DNA from: Myxococcota bacterium
GTDB lineage: Bacteria > Myxococcota_C > UBA6777
Direction of reading: 5' to 3'
Assembly (NCBI GenBank): GCA_023150835.1
Contig: JAKLKB010000128.1
Coordinates: 1 to 39,580 of the forward strand
DNA: 39,580 nucleotides
The position numbers were made by a program, and so were the translations under genes. The notes under the pieces are model-generated. The model made no database searches, was not told the origin of the DNA, and saw only the letters and a program-made list of their open reading frames with translations. Below are positions 38,830 to 39,580 of the stretch, piece after piece; position 1 is the stretch's first letter; every line of letters begins with the position of its first letter.

Positions 38830-39444
38830 TCACAAGAGACGTCGACGCCACACCAGCGCAAACAGCGCAAGCAGCGCATACAGCGAGATCTCGGAGGGAG
38901 GGGGGGCGAGTTGGCAGCCGCAACCAGCAGGTCGGCAAGCGTGGATGGATTGCTCTTTGTCCTGTTGGCAAGTCAAACCGTCCTTGCAGCGGCGCGCAAA
39001 AGAACAGGCTTGTTTTTCCTCGATGGTTCCGGGTGAAAGGCAGACGCAGCGCTCCGATTCTTTCGAGCAGGACTCTTCAAACCGCGTATGATCGCGGCAT
39101 CGCTGCGGTACGGTGCAATCGCTGTCTTGTTTGCAGAGTCCTTGCGGCTCCTCCAAAAAGGGCTTTAGCCACGCTTGATAAGCATCGACCCGCAGATACG
39201 CGGTCATGCCATCACAAGCAGGCTGGTTGGGTCCTGCCAAGGAACCCGTCACGTGCGAAGCCACCCCAAGGATCGAAATCTGCTCGCCCTCTTGGAACAA
39301 CGCAGGGCCACCAGAATCGCCGCTACATGGGCTTTTGTTGGCTTCAAACACGCGAAAAAAAGACGGGATCACCGCAGATATCGGCAGACTGACCGAGTGT
39401 TTTCGTTTGGCCTCGATCGTCTGAGGGCGCGTTTGGAGCAGCCC
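38830..39444 (-). pseudogene. 3' half of a trypsin-like (S1) serine protease with MYXO-CTERM-like tail, interrupted
   Basis: CSGDSGGPA, ILGVAS, YLRVD..W; GCGC..LLALFALVWRRR tail; His and Asp motifs absent; in-frame stop upstream near 39500. Confidence 0.75.
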
Positions 39445-39580
39445 CATTGGCATCAGGTTAAGAAGTAAAAGCAGATTCTTGTGGCATAATGGCGCACCTC
39501 AAAACGCGAAAGGGGAATAGAGATGTTCACACAAAGCGCCGAAGCACAAGAGTTCACCGCCTCATTTGAGAAGATGTTCA
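39445..39580 (+). mobile_element. Probable IS4-family left end and start of transposase ORF (ATG 39523), cut by the window edge
   Basis: CATTGGCATCAGGTTAAG resembles the IS4 terminal repeat TAATGCCGATCAGTTAAG and begins where protease-like sequence stops; TGGCATAAT extended -10; AAGGGG RBS. Confidence 0.5.

Overview
This looks like chromosomal DNA from a Myxococcota-like bacterium. That is inferred from MYXO-CTERM-like, AgmX/PglI-C-like, zinc-ribbon/GYF and Cys-rich lipoprotein genes. Recognisable genes include a Prx6 peroxiredoxin, DUF1361, DUF1152, a 3D-domain lipoprotein, asnB, a BASS transporter, a GT4 glycosyltransferase, a metallophosphoesterase, an nfeD-flotillin-flotillin cluster, acs, an NtrC-type regulator and an outer-membrane barrel. 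Five things stand out. (1) A 5.3 kb cassette with no integrase lies between two copies of the last 159 bp of acs. It encodes a large exported metzincin-like protein whose Zn motif has degenerated, plus two lipoproteins. (2) A roughly 740 bp IS200/IS605-type element keeps an omegaRNA (HEARO)-like scaffold but only the C-terminal stub of iscB, and ends exactly at ATGAA, the first ATG of a Cys-rich/NHL gene. (3) A probable IS4-family left end cuts off the 5' half of a trypsin/MYXO-CTERM gene. (4) A DDE transposase fragment, a PQQ-propeller remnant and a GIY-YIG-like gene form a mosaic. (5) Two dispersed intergenic repeat families each keep a fixed orientation relative to neighbouring genes. I saw no rRNA, tRNA or CRISPR array. 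All family calls come from motif recognition by eye, not from database searches.
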